A stretch of 64,000 nucleotides of DNA from Tenericutes bacterium RIFOXYA12_FULL_35_10 (GCA_001830045.1 MIDA01000008.1:6499-70498); one strand, 5' to 3'; counted from the first letter of the stretch, positions 42,232 through 52,543 are shown. Numbers and translations are program-made. Notes: generated from the letters alone by a model not told the origin.

Positions 42232-42262
42232 AAAAAGCACCAGGATAGACCACGGTGCTTTT
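42232..42262. terminator. Intrinsic terminator after the nuclease gene
   Basis: AAAAAGCACC-loop-GGTGCTTTT. Confidence 0.8.
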
Positions 42263-42278
42263 CTGATCAACATTTAAC

Positions 42279-43484
42279 TTATGCCCAAGGAAGGTCTAAA
42301 TGAGGGCTCCAAACGGGTTTTTCTGTCGTTAATGTATTTGAATCATAGTTCCAATCCGGTGATTTTTCACCGCTTGGATTTGCTGGATAACCCTTTAATC
42401 CCCAACCATTTAGTCTTGCACGATATTCTGCAAATCTTAAGAATGTTAAGTAGGGAACATCTTTATAATTTAAAGCTAAATCATATGCATTGTAGGTTGA
42501 ACCAACATCTTCAGATAAACCTTCTGATACAATTAAAAATTGTGATAGATAACCATTGATCCATACTAAACCTAAGTAGCGACCATAACCTTCGTTTAGT
42601 GCATATCCAGGTATCGATTGAACATGAATCTCTTTTTGGTTAGCATCATTGAGTAAGAATTCTTTATTGTATTTACTTGCTACATAACCCCATGGTTCTG
42701 CAGAAACGTGAGATCCGTTTACTTCCGCTGTGTTTAAGTAGAAATAGCGAACTGATCCACCACCAAAACCATTGTTAGCATTAAAGTATGCTGTATCACC
42801 GTCTGCAATACCTGATACGGATGTCAATACTGCACCGCCACCACCAATATTTTCATTACTAGAATCTACGTAAGGCATATCTTTATAGCGTTGTTCTAAA
42901 CGAGGACCCGCATATAAATCATCTAGTGTTTTAATTTCATAATCATCATTTTTAATGTACTGAAAAACTTCAGGTAGATAGTAGATATAATCAAATGTGT
43001 TAAATGTTTTTGATGGTTTATAATCTTCGACAAGTCCTAGACGAATCATAGTTAAATCGTTATAGATATCAACATCAGATCCAACTTGTCCAATGTAATC
43101 AACAACTGCTTTTTTATACATCAGTTCAATGCCATCATTACCATTAAAAGGTAAAACTGCATCTGGGTTTGAAAAATCAAACTGTGATGTAATCGTTGTA
43201 TTGGTTGAATTACCACTACCAATTAAGAAATAATCATTTGCATTAATGGTTCCTTCAAGTTGAATTGTTTGAGATACTTCCAATGACCCATTAGTATAAA
43301 AATTAAAATGATAATCTTTTAGATCTATATCTTCATCTGAAGGATTATAGAGTTCAATCATGTTATCTGCTTGAACCGTTGTCTCAAAAATTTTGGAGAT
43401 GACGATAGGGGATTCTTTTTGTGTACACGCAGATACAAGAAGACCGATCATCAATAAAACAAAAATCATACTTATTTTTTTCAT
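42279..43484 (-). CDS. Lipoprotein: lamin-tail domain plus thermonuclease (SNase) domain
   Basis: Lipobox VSA-C. LTD (IELYNPSDEDIDLKDY...FNGNDGIEL). SNase motifs IADGDT, VRYFYLNTAE, EPWG, YGRYLGLVW. Confidence 0.85.
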   Translation of the reverse strand: MKKISMIFVLLMIGLLVSACTQKESPIVISKIFETTVQADNMIELYNPSDEDIDLKDYHFNFYTNGSLEVSQTIQLEGTINANDYFLIGSGNSTNTTITSQFDFSNPDAVLPFNGNDGIELMYKKAVVDYIGQVGSDVDIYNDLTMIRLGLVEDYKPSKTFNTFDYIYYLPEVFQYIKNDDYEIKTLDDLYAGPRLEQRYKDMPYVDSSNENIGGGGAVLTSVSGIADGDTAYFNANNGFGGGSVRYFYLNTAEVNGSHVSAEPWGYVASKYNKEFLLNDANQKEIHVQSIPGYALNEGYGRYLGLVWINGYLSQFLIVSEGLSEDVGSTYNAYDLALNYKDVPYLTFLRFAEYRARLNGWGLKGYPANPSGEKSPDWNYDSNTLTTEKPVWSPHLDLPWA

Positions 43485-43547
43485 TATTCTTCACCTCATA
43501 TTAAAGTAACATATGTCAATCATGTTTAAATTAAACACGTCTTATGT

Positions 43548-44444
43548 TCATGCTGAATGGTTTAATCTCTTTTGTCTTAGATGTCTTAAAACATGTTTGT
43601 GGAAAAAGAGAAAATACGTTAAGGGTAATACAATAGCAAGTTCGATTAAAATGTTTTTAACATAAATCGTATTGTAGCTATCAAGCTTTTCTAACCACAT
43701 TGAATCATAGTAGATCAATGGATTTTCGTTTAAGTTTGTTGTTCCAAACTGAGTAACTAAATCTAGGTTTTCATCCGTTAGCTGTGCGATATCACGTGAA
43801 TACGAAGCACTAAACATATCAGATGGCGTCGTTTCAATAAGTAAGCTATTTGCTAAAACGACAAGTGTTAATTTTTCACCCGATGTGATCTCATACAAAA
43901 TGGAAATTGTTTGAAGTTGAGCTTGTCCTGTCGGTGTATCAAGAAGTTCTTGGTTGATGATAATCATACGCCCTGTATCATCAAAGAGCGGTGTTGTGTA
44001 TTCCATAAATACACGTTTATTGTTATTTTCAACATCAAGATCTCTGTCAAATACAAACTCAATATACATCATATGATAATCATTGTCATCTTTTTTTGCT
44101 AAGTTATCTTCGATGTTTAAATCTGTGATTAAAAATGCAATTTGATTGATCGCTTGATTATCTTTAAAAGTAACAAATGGATAAATCGAAAAAGTTAATT
44201 TTAATTCATTATCTTCAAATGTTTGTTCATAGAGTGGTGTATTTAAAACGTAAGCATCAGACTTATCATGGAGGTTAGCGATTGAAGTTGCAGCAACCAA
44301 AGCTTGATTGTTTTCCACTAGTTCTACTTCATGATCTTCTAAAAAATTAACGACCTTCGAAGCTTCGCTAAAAGAGGCAACCACAAAGGTGAGTGCTCCA
44401 ACAAAAAAGATATAAGCAATTCTCCAAATCCATGCTGATGCCAT
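43548..44444 (-). CDS. Bitopic/2-TM membrane protein with acidic extracellular beta-rich domain, unknown function
   Basis: N-terminal and C-terminal hydrophobic helices with a basic cytoplasmic tail; no recognisable motif. Confidence 0.8.
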   Translation of the reverse strand: MASAWIWRIAYIFFVGALTFVVASFSEASKVVNFLEDHEVELVENNQALVAATSIANLHDKSDAYVLNTPLYEQTFEDNELKLTFSIYPFVTFKDNQAINQIAFLITDLNIEDNLAKKDDNDYHMMYIEFVFDRDLDVENNNKRVFMEYTTPLFDDTGRMIIINQELLDTPTGQAQLQTISILYEITSGEKLTLVVLANSLLIETTPSDMFSASYSRDIAQLTDENLDLVTQFGTTNLNENPLIYYDSMWLEKLDSYNTIYVKNILIELAIVLPLTYFLFFHKHVLRHLRQKRLNHSA

Positions 44445-44483
44445 AAATCTAACTTCCTTTAATTCAGATTTTTAAACATGAGT

Positions 44484-44513
44484 GAAAGAGCACGGCATCT
44501 GCCATGCTCTTTT
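44484..44513. terminator. Hairpin/terminator after the 921-aa lipoprotein gene
   Basis: GAAAGAGCA-CGGCATCTGCCA-TGCTCTTTTC. Confidence 0.7.
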
Positions 44514-44545
44514 CTTATACATGTTTGTTTTAAAACGATTGATAC

Positions 44546-47311
44546 TTATTCAGCTGCTGGAGTATGTGTGTGTGAACCTAAATAAGTAAATGTGTCTGCA
44601 TCATAAGCAGTCCATTGTGTTGGATCCCAAATGGTTGTACCATAAGCTACAGCTGCATTTCTAACAAGTGTATGTTCTGCTGTAGAATCTGTTCCAACTG
44701 CCCATGATGAACCTGGGTCAACACCAATGACACCAAATACATCAATGACTGTTTCTTCAGTACCATTTAACTTGATTAATGCAACTGCATCATCACCGTT
44801 AAAATATGTAATTGTAGAAGCAACGTCACCAACATTAATGATATCAGCTGCTGCTGAGCTATTGTAGATAACAAAGACTTCGCCTGGAGCTAATGTTCCA
44901 GATAAAACGATGTTATTACCATATGTTGTTGCACCATTTGAATAAAGTGCAACTTTGTAGTTTGCTAAGTCAACAGTTTGGTTTGTTGGGTTATAAATTT
45001 CAATGGCTTTATTATTGCTTGAACCTTCAATATATTCAGAAATGAATAATTCTGGATTTGGTTCAGCAAAAATAATTTCAACGACGAAAGTCTTTGTTAC
45101 AGTTTCAGTACCTTTAGTTAAAGTAGCTGTTAAACCAACTTCAACTGTACCATAAGTAGCAGGTAGTGTCACTGTGCCAGCAACTAAATCAATTAATGCA
45201 TTGTCAGCATCTTCTGAATCAGTAAATGTCCAAGCGATGGTAGAACCATTTGTACCAGCAACTGGTAAAGTGATTGTTCCATCTGCGTTGTATGATGTTA
45301 CGATTGTTAATGCTTTTGCATCTAAATTAACATAGTTTGCATCTGTTAATACAGGTGCAACGCCTGCAGCAATTTGATCACCATTGGTTAATGTTAATAA
45401 TGGGTTACCACTCGCCCAACCTAAGACTGCACCCGTAAAGTTGACATAGTCATCAACCTTAGTCGCTTGTAAGAAGGTTAAGTTAGCCAAAGTTACACGG
45501 CTATCCCACTTGAATTTAATGGTATTACCTGTTGTTTCATCAAGTAATGTCATTTCGATGTTACCATAGTTAGCATCTGTCCAAGCAGTAATCTTCATGT
45601 TTGTTAAGTTAACTCTTGTAGATTGATATGGAAGAAGTGTTGTTGCATTCCATTCAGTAACTGTTTGTAAATCAAACGCTACTGGTAATGTTGCTTCGCC
45701 TAAATCTTCAACGGTATAAGTTGTTAATTGCACGAGACCACCATATGCACCACGTGTACCAATTAAATCAACATTATGACCAATAAGTGCTTCTAAATCA
45801 GCAACTCCTGCATTATTAAATACAGAGATACCGCCTGTAGCGTCTTGAATAGCAATTGTCTTATTAGCGATGTAGCCAAGAACAACACCTTGAATTCTAA
45901 ATGTTCCTGATTCAGCTGCTCTAACGTTAGCGATTGTTGTTACTGGGTATTCACCTAATTTAACAACAAATTCTTTAACAACTGGAGCTAATGAACCATA
46001 AGAAATAGTTGCTGTTAAGCCAACATTAGCTTGTCTTCCAACTGGAACTGTAACTGCGCCCGTTGCTAAGTTAATTAAACTGTTGTCTGCATTTTCAGTA
46101 TTTGTAAATGTCCAAGCAATCGTTGTACCGTTTGCACCTGCAACTGGCAATTCTAATGTGCCATCTGCAAGCATAGCTTCTGGTAGGCTAACTGCATTTG
46201 AGTCAATATCTAATCTTTGTTGATCAGTTAAGACAGCTTCAATACCTTCTGGACCACCAACGTAGTAAATGGCAAATGCTTGGTTGTTAGAACGGTAAGT
46301 ATAAATGACAACATCGATTGTAACAGTAATGCCATCATATAAACGTAATGTTGCTAAGTCTTGTGTGTTATAGTAAACCATTAATCCACGAGCTGGAACG
46401 CCTGCTGAACCTGGAACCCATGCTTGTGTTGTGTCATAAGCAGTGTCTACGATATATGTGTTGTAGTTGCTTGTGTCACCTGGAATCATATAAACTTTAC
46501 CAGTAACGGTTGCATAAATTGATTCGAAGTTACCAGCTGATGCATCTGAACCTGCATATAAATGTTCTTCTGCAGTGACTAAAGCATCAATCTTTGTGTT
46601 AACACTTTCGATAACTTCTGCAGTTGGGTTAGCTGGAGTTGCAGTTGTTTGTTCAGTTGCAGTCCATTTTGTTAATTCCCAAATACCGAAATACCATTCA
46701 ATAGTTGCGTCGATTGTGTAAACTTTACCAATGACTAAGTTTTCTTGTGAACCACCATAAATTTGGATGATACCTGTACCATCGTAAGCGAATGATGCAT
46801 CTGAACCCTTAGCAAAAATCGTTAAGTTTTCTAAGCTAACTTGGTATGTGCCGTCATATTCTGGATCTGTTACTTCTAAAACGTCAGCAATTGTTTCAAT
46901 GACGATTTCTTCAACTTCATTTGCCTTAACTGTTAAGACAATTGACCAGTCCATGGTAAGATCTTTGGTTTCATCAAGTTCTGAAGCGATGGTTAATGTA
47001 ACGCTTAATGTAACATTGACGTTAGGTTCACCAAATGCTGGACGATTTACGGTAATAACTGCGAAACCATTATTTGCAGCACCTACTGTAACAACACCAG
47101 GATTGCTTGATTCCCAATCAGCTGTGACACCACCAACTAATGTTGTGGGCACTTCGAAACCACCGGTTATATTCGATGGGTCAGCGATAAGCGCATTAAG
47201 ACTGTCATAAGCAGTTTGTAGTTTTGCTTCAGCTGGATCTACTTTTTCTTTACAAGAAGCTAGTAAAAATCCAAATGCGACGACCGCGAGTAAAAGTAAT
47301 ACTTTTCTCAT
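44546..47311 (-). CDS. Large modular lipoprotein: (Ig-like, OB, OB) x2, Ig-like, C-terminal lamin-tail domain
   Basis: Lipobox LAS-C. Ig-like repeats LPVAG.NG.TIAWTF (two copies 882 nt apart plus a diverged N-terminal copy). OB-like segments (TIANVRAA...IQGVV...IQDATGGISVF). LTD LFISEYIEGSSNNKAIEIYNPT. No nuclease active site seen. Confidence 0.8.
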   Translation of the reverse strand: MRKVLLLLAVVAFGFLLASCKEKVDPAEAKLQTAYDSLNALIADPSNITGGFEVPTTLVGGVTADWESSNPGVVTVGAANNGFAVITVNRPAFGEPNVNVTLSVTLTIASELDETKDLTMDWSIVLTVKANEVEEIVIETIADVLEVTDPEYDGTYQVSLENLTIFAKGSDASFAYDGTGIIQIYGGSQENLVIGKVYTIDATIEWYFGIWELTKWTATEQTTATPANPTAEVIESVNTKIDALVTAEEHLYAGSDASAGNFESIYATVTGKVYMIPGDTSNYNTYIVDTAYDTTQAWVPGSAGVPARGLMVYYNTQDLATLRLYDGITVTIDVVIYTYRSNNQAFAIYYVGGPEGIEAVLTDQQRLDIDSNAVSLPEAMLADGTLELPVAGANGTTIAWTFTNTENADNSLINLATGAVTVPVGRQANVGLTATISYGSLAPVVKEFVVKLGEYPVTTIANVRAAESGTFRIQGVVLGYIANKTIAIQDATGGISVFNNAGVADLEALIGHNVDLIGTRGAYGGLVQLTTYTVEDLGEATLPVAFDLQTVTEWNATTLLPYQSTRVNLTNMKITAWTDANYGNIEMTLLDETTGNTIKFKWDSRVTLANLTFLQATKVDDYVNFTGAVLGWASGNPLLTLTNGDQIAAGVAPVLTDANYVNLDAKALTIVTSYNADGTITLPVAGTNGSTIAWTFTDSEDADNALIDLVAGTVTLPATYGTVEVGLTATLTKGTETVTKTFVVEIIFAEPNPELFISEYIEGSSNNKAIEIYNPTNQTVDLANYKVALYSNGATTYGNNIVLSGTLAPGEVFVIYNSSAAADIINVGDVASTITYFNGDDAVALIKLNGTEETVIDVFGVIGVDPGSSWAVGTDSTAEHTLVRNAAVAYGTTIWDPTQWTAYDADTFTYLGSHTHTPAAE

Positions 47312-47356
47312 TCCATTTCTCCTTTGTATTTTTTTATCTATATTATCATCACTATG

Positions 47357-48793
47357 TTAGTTGGTGATAAAGTCGAAACTCTTTTGATACTCTGAATCAA
47401 TGTAAGCTTGCAAAGCAGCATCATCTGCAGCATCAAACGCTAAAATCTTAACGAGTAATGCACCAACTTCTGTTCTTGTTTTAGAACTTAAGTTGAATAC
47501 AGAAGATGTAAAGAAGATGTCACCGTTATTTAAGAAGATTTCAATGGCTTCTTTAACGAGCTTATCTTGAGCTTGTTTCATGGTTGTAGGAACTGCAACC
47601 ACTGAATTCACATAATCAGTCCAAGCTTGTGTTTCATAAGCTGAATAACGGATTGGCGCATATCCTGAAGGAATACAGAATTGTGCTGATTTTTCTGGAG
47701 ATAACATGAATTTCGCGAATAACCAAGTTGCGATCATCTTTTGTTCATCACCTGAATTAAATAAATTGATGTTTGGTCCTTGTTGAATTTGATAACGATG
47801 CTCAGCATCATGTGCTGGAAGAGGTGCAACACCTGCACGGTATCCTGCATCAAAGACAGTTTGGCTCGCACCAATATATGCATAACGTGTACCACCTGTT
47901 GATCCGACATACATGTAGAGTTTTTCATTTGTCTTCATGATATCTGATGTATAAGCGTTACCGTTTAAGCTACGTGTTAACATTAAACCTCTATCAACCT
48001 TATCCTTGAAATAGGTTACCATTTCTTTAGATAGGTCATTGTTAAATTGAACTTCACCTTTACCGGTTGTTTCATTATAACCTGTATAAGGCGCATCCCA
48101 TTGTTTAGATGCTGTAATAAAGAGGTTATCTTCTGAATCGTAACCAAATGGAATCGCATTTGGTTCACGGAGTTTGATGTCTTCTGCAATCGCGAAAACT
48201 TCATCCCATGTGGTTGGTACATCGTAACCATGTTGTTCAAAATAAGTTGCATTGTAGAAGAATGCTTCACTTGATTTTGTAAATGGTAAAGATAAAATCG
48301 TACCAGCATTATCGTAACTTTGACCTTCTGCCCATAAACCTGGGAGGAAGTCTGCAACTTCTTCTTCAGTGTATCCAAGTGTTGGATGGCTGATGAAGTT
48401 GTTTAAAGCAAGTGGTGCTTTGGCTTGAGCATATCTAGCGATATGGTCAGGATAGCTTTCAGCGATGTCCGGTGCTGTACCCGCTGGAATTGCTAATGCA
48501 ATTTTATCTGCAAGTGCGCCGTAATCTGCCGCTGCTTTTTCTTCAATAACGGTAATATTAGGATAGATTGCCTCAAATTCTTCAATCCAATCTTGGACTA
48601 AACCTTGGCTATCTGCACCCATTCTATGCCAAAACTTGATCGTCACTTCTTTGGTGGTATCAAGTGTTGCTGTTTCTGGTAATTCATACCATTCAACGAG
48701 CTTTGCAGTTGCATCGCCACTGCGGTCACCACCACAGGAAGCTAGAAACAAGCCTGCAGTAAGTACTAATGCAATAAGTAAAATCTTTTTCAT
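47357..48793 (-). CDS. ABC transporter extracellular solute-binding lipoprotein (family 1)
   Basis: Lipobox LAS-C; IKFWH, PDIAESYPD, LSLPFTKSSEAFFYN, VPTTWDE, QGPNINLF, GYAP. Confidence 0.92.
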   Translation of the reverse strand: MKKILLIALVLTAGLFLASCGGDRSGDATAKLVEWYELPETATLDTTKEVTIKFWHRMGADSQGLVQDWIEEFEAIYPNITVIEEKAAADYGALADKIALAIPAGTAPDIAESYPDHIARYAQAKAPLALNNFISHPTLGYTEEEVADFLPGLWAEGQSYDNAGTILSLPFTKSSEAFFYNATYFEQHGYDVPTTWDEVFAIAEDIKLREPNAIPFGYDSEDNLFITASKQWDAPYTGYNETTGKGEVQFNNDLSKEMVTYFKDKVDRGLMLTRSLNGNAYTSDIMKTNEKLYMYVGSTGGTRYAYIGASQTVFDAGYRAGVAPLPAHDAEHRYQIQQGPNINLFNSGDEQKMIATWLFAKFMLSPEKSAQFCIPSGYAPIRYSAYETQAWTDYVNSVVAVPTTMKQAQDKLVKEAIEIFLNNGDIFFTSSVFNLSSKTRTEVGALLVKILAFDAADDAALQAYIDSEYQKSFDFITN

Positions 48794-48825
48794 ACGTTAC
48801 TCCTTCTTATCTAAATTTTTTAAAA

Positions 48826-49761
48826 TTATCCTTTAACGCCACTACGTGAGATACCGCTCATGATGTACTTTCTAAAGAAAACGAAGAGTAATAAGAGAGG
48901 AACCGTCACGATGACTGTTGCGGCCATCTGGTAGTTAATGAGTACGCGACCTGAACCGGTTGCAGCTTGATCTGTGAATGAACTTCTTAACCATGTTGTG
49001 ACTAACTTGAATTTCTCGTTAGCAACAATGTCTGGCCAAATGAAGGCATTCCATGCACCCATGAGTTTTAAAATCACGATGGTAACAATACTTGATTTAG
49101 CGATTGGAACCATCACTCTCCATAAATACTTATAGTCCGCACATCCATCCACTTTAGCTGCATAATACAGTTCATTTGGAATTTGTTTGAATGTTTGTCT
49201 GAGTAAGTAAATATGGAAGATCGAAACTAAGAACGGTATGATCATCGCTAAATATGAACCAGTACCTGGATCATTGACCCAACCTAAACGGGAAACTGTA
49301 ATATAGTTTGAGATGACCATCATTTCACCGGGAATCATCATGGTTGCAAGTAATATCGTGAAAATGAGTTCTTTTCCTTTAAAGTTAAGTCTTGCTAATG
49401 CGAAAGCAACTAAAATCGAGAAGAATGTTCCACCAATTGTTGAGAAGAACGCAACGATGCTTGTATTGAGTAGATATCTTGAGAAATTAATGCTTCCTTG
49501 TTGTGAAGATGAATACAAGAACACGTTCACATAGTTTTTTGGAGAAAAAACTTTGGGAAATAAACTTGTATTCAGCGAGTTTAAAACTTCATTACTACTT
49601 TGGAAAGAAACGTTTAACATCCAGTAGAATGGCACAATCACGATGAAGGCCATAAACATTAAGAATGCATATGTTCCAAATTTACCAAGGAATTGAGCTG
49701 TTCTTTGGGCTTTAAGTGTTTTATTTTCGCTGTAATCAGCATACTTTAACATTTTATCCAT
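48826..49761 (-). CDS. CUT1 ABC transporter permease (MalG-like)
   Basis: EAA loop IPNELYYAAKVDGC; start 49761 or 49767 (SD AAGGAGG). Confidence 0.93.
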   Translation of the reverse strand: MDKMLKYADYSENKTLKAQRTAQFLGKFGTYAFLMFMAFIVIVPFYWMLNVSFQSSNEVLNSLNTSLFPKVFSPKNYVNVFLYSSSQQGSINFSRYLLNTSIVAFFSTIGGTFFSILVAFALARLNFKGKELIFTILLATMMIPGEMMVISNYITVSRLGWVNDPGTGSYLAMIIPFLVSIFHIYLLRQTFKQIPNELYYAAKVDGCADYKYLWRVMVPIAKSSIVTIVILKLMGAWNAFIWPDIVANEKFKLVTTWLRSSFTDQAATGSGRVLINYQMAATVIVTVPLLLLFVFFRKYIMSGISRSGVKG

Positions 49762-49774
49762 TGTCATCTCCTCC

Positions 49775-50701
49775 TTAGTAGTGAACTTTCTTCTTGCTGA
49801 CATAGAGGTTTATGGCAGTAAAGATTAAGATAATAATAAATAACATCACGGCAGCAGCTGCACCTCTTGAATAATAAGAGACGTAGTTTGAATCAAGGCC
49901 AGCTAAACCAATTTTGTCATACACATAAGCAACTGCTGTCCATCTTTCACGGTCTAAAGTACGACCTGTTGTACCAGCAACAGCTAACACAGATTCATAG
50001 GCTTTAAATCCACCAATGAAGGATGTGATAATAATGTAACTAATAAGTGGTGATAGCAGAGGAATGGTAATACGCGTTAAGATACGTTTAGGCGGTGTTG
50101 CGTCAATCTTTGCAGCATCATAATATTGCTTAGAAATGTTTTGTAGACCGCCAATAAACACTAAAATCTTAAAGGGTAATGCACTCCATATAATATACAT
50201 AAGAACGACTAACATCCAGTGATCTCTCGTTGCAGTAACACCAACCCAGTCAATGGAGGTTTGGAATAAAGTGTTAATTAAACCTTCAGGCATAATACCT
50301 GATGTCAGTGGATGTGAGAACATAACACTGAAGACCATCCCAATCGCAAGCGTATTGGTCACATATGGCATAAAGAAGATGGTTTGGAAAATCTTTTGTA
50401 ACGGTTTAATGGAATTCAATCCAACTGCAATCAATAATGCAAGAACTGTTGAGATTGGAACCGAAATAAAGACCATTAATAATGTATTACCAATCGATTG
50501 AATAAAGATTGGATCTTTGAAGATTGCTTGGTAAGCCATGAAGTCAAAGAACATACCAAAGCTGTCATCAATCGCATTATATTGTGAGAATAATGAAATC
50601 AAAATCGTTTTAAAAAGTGGGTAAAATGTAAAAACAGTTAATAGAAATAGCGGAATCGCCATGTATAACCAGGCTTTATAATCTTTTTTATACTCAAGCA
50701 T
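49775..50701 (-). CDS. CUT1 ABC transporter permease (MalF-like)
   Basis: EAA loop ISKQYYDAAKIDA...ITIPLLSP; TAATG coupling to the ATPase. Confidence 0.93.
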   Translation of the reverse strand: MLEYKKDYKAWLYMAIPLFLLTVFTFYPLFKTILISLFSQYNAIDDSFGMFFDFMAYQAIFKDPIFIQSIGNTLLMVFISVPISTVLALLIAVGLNSIKPLQKIFQTIFFMPYVTNTLAIGMVFSVMFSHPLTSGIMPEGLINTLFQTSIDWVGVTATRDHWMLVVLMYIIWSALPFKILVFIGGLQNISKQYYDAAKIDATPPKRILTRITIPLLSPLISYIIITSFIGGFKAYESVLAVAGTTGRTLDRERWTAVAYVYDKIGLAGLDSNYVSYYSRGAAAAVMLFIIILIFTAINLYVSKKKVHY

Positions 50702-52335
50702 TAGGCAAGTCTCCGACCTGTTTCTTTATCGAAAACAAATGTTTTGTTTGCTTTTAAGTTGAAACGAACGGTTTTTTGATTTTGGAGTGCTGTTTCAACA
50801 TCATGAAGAATGATTCTAAATGAGGGTGTGATGGCACTATCGTGAGATGAAACTAACGATAAATCGCGTCCAATCGTTTCAATATACTGAGAAGTTATTT
50901 CAAGAGCTCCGCTTGCGCTCATTTCATAACCCTCAGGTCTTACACCAACAATAACGTCACAGTTTGCTTCTTTTTTAAGTTTATCTGATTTAAATACCAC
51001 TTGATTGTTAATCAATATTTGAGCATCTTTTAAAGTCGCATTATATAAACCAATGGGTGGTGTTCCTAAGAACTTAGCAACGAATAAGTTTTCTGGTTGA
51101 TCATAAACAGCTTGTGGTGCACCTTTTTGTTGTTCTTCACCAAAATTCATTAAGACGATTTCATCAGAAATAGACATCGCTTCTTCTTGGTCATGTGTAA
51201 CGAAAATCGTTGTAATACCTGTTTCACGTTGAATACGTTTGATTTCTTCTCTTGTTTGTAGGCGAAGACGTGCATCTAAGTTTGATAGTGGTTCGTCTAA
51301 GAGAAGTACTCTTGGTTTTTTAACAAGAGCGCGAGCGATCGCAACGCGTTGTTGTTGACCACCTGAAAGTTGTGCTGGCTTCTTTTCTAATTGGTCTTCG
51401 ATACCAACAAGTCTAGCCATTTCGACGACGCGTTCTTCCATGATTGCTTTATAATTAGCAGTTTTAGCTTCTATGACACCACGAACACTTGCAGGAATAG
51501 AAATTTCCATTTCTTTTGCTAAACGATCAGGTTGTGTGCCAAATTGTTTTTCGATTTCTTTTTTAACAATCATTGCTTTATCTTCGACAACTTGATAATT
51601 TTGCTTCATTTTAGGAAGTAGTTCGTTGATGTTTGCTGGAGTGATGGCTTGTTTTTCTTTGACATATTCTGCAGCAAATGATGCTAATTGGTTATTTAAA
51701 TCATTTTTTAAAGTTGAAAGATTTTGTTTGAATGCTTCTTTGATGGATTTAGCATCTTTTTGATCCTGTTTTGCAGCAATAAGATCTTGCTTATGCTGTG
51801 CTTTACGAACAAATACAGCATTATGATTTGTTGCTTTCGCATCATTTTCTAAACGACGATATTTATTTTTAAGTGCATCAAGTTTATCTGCAAATTCATA
51901 GTAAACTGCAGCTTCTTTTGGACTTTCCATGAAATAAGCTTTACGATAAGCTTCATCGATTGAACGTTTCTTTAAACCCATGTTTTCGAGTGGGAATAAA
52001 ATATTTTTTCTAACGGTCATGTGAGGATAGAGTGCGTAGTTTTGGAAAACTAAACCAATTCCTCTTTTTTCAGGTGATAATTCAGTGACATCTTCATCAC
52101 CAAAGAAAATTTTACCTGTGGTTGGTGCGAGTAAACCCGCAATCATATAAAGCGTTGTTGATTTACCACAACCAGATGGCCCAAGTAAACCGATCAACTT
52201 ACCTGATGGAATAACGACGTCAAAGTCATCGACAGCTTTTGCATCTTTTCCACCTTTTTTATCATAGAAAATCTTTGTCAAGTTTTCTAATCTAATTGAT
52301 AATCCCTTTTGTTGCACATTTTTGATATCTTCCAT
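50701..52335 (-). CDS. CUT1 ABC ATPase (MalK/UgpC-like) with a 174-aa helical insertion
   Basis: [19 protein letters not shown], insertion at 51963-51442, [27 protein letters not shown]. Start 52335 (SD AAGGAG). Confidence 0.93.
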   Translation of the reverse strand: MEDIKNVQQKGLSIRLENLTKIFYDKKGGKDAKAVDDFDVVIPSGKLIGLLGPSGCGKSTTLYMIAGLLAPTTGKIFFGDEDVTELSPEKRGIGLVFQNYALYPHMTVRKNILFPLENMGLKKRSIDEAYRKAYFMESPKEAAVYYEFADKLDALKNKYRRLENDAKATNHNAVFVRKAQHKQDLIAAKQDQKDAKSIKEAFKQNLSTLKNDLNNQLASFAAEYVKEKQAITPANINELLPKMKQNYQVVEDKAMIVKKEIEKQFGTQPDRLAKEMEISIPASVRGVIEAKTANYKAIMEERVVEMARLVGIEDQLEKKPAQLSGGQQQRVAIARALVKKPRVLLLDEPLSNLDARLRLQTREEIKRIQRETGITTIFVTHDQEEAMSISDEIVLMNFGEEQQKGAPQAVYDQPENLFVAKFLGTPPIGLYNATLKDAQILINNQVVFKSDKLKKEANCDVIVGVRPEGYEMSASGALEITSQYIETIGRDLSLVSSHDSAITPSFRIILHDVETALQNQKTVRFNLKANKTFVFDKETGRRLA

Positions 52336-52432
52336 TGTATACTCCTTTATTTCTATCAAAGCTATTGATTTTAGGGGTTATAGCTTTGCACATTTTTGTG
52401 TTTAAAAAACGAAAAAGACTCCTATGATTGAT

Positions 52433-52522
52433 TCATAAGAATTTCTTATTTTTAGATTCAAAAAAACGCTGATCATTCGTGCCACCTTTGGATATACTCA
52501 TATCAAAAAAAATGATCAACAT
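52433..52522 (-). CDS. Candidate 29-aa leader peptide / small protein MLIIFFDMSISKGGTNDQRFFESKNKKFL
   Basis: SD GAGGTGA 4 nt before the ATG; directly behind promoter P2; stop lies inside a terminator-like hairpin. Confidence 0.45.
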   Translation of the reverse strand: MLIIFFDMSISKGGTNDQRFFESKNKKFL

Positions 52523-52543
52523 TATCTCACCTCAACATAACCT

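Noticed and set aside
52357-52392. GCAAAGCTATA...CTAA resembling c-di-GMP-I riboswitch P2
   Set aside because: No upstream GGCAAA/GAAA-tetraloop stem; the segment pairs with itself as a simple 9-bp hairpin. An Infernal RF01051 search would settle it.
52479-52488. AAGGTGGCAC partial T-box motif in the ABC leader
   Set aside because: Lacks the CGCG continuation, stem I/specifier and an antiterminator partner.
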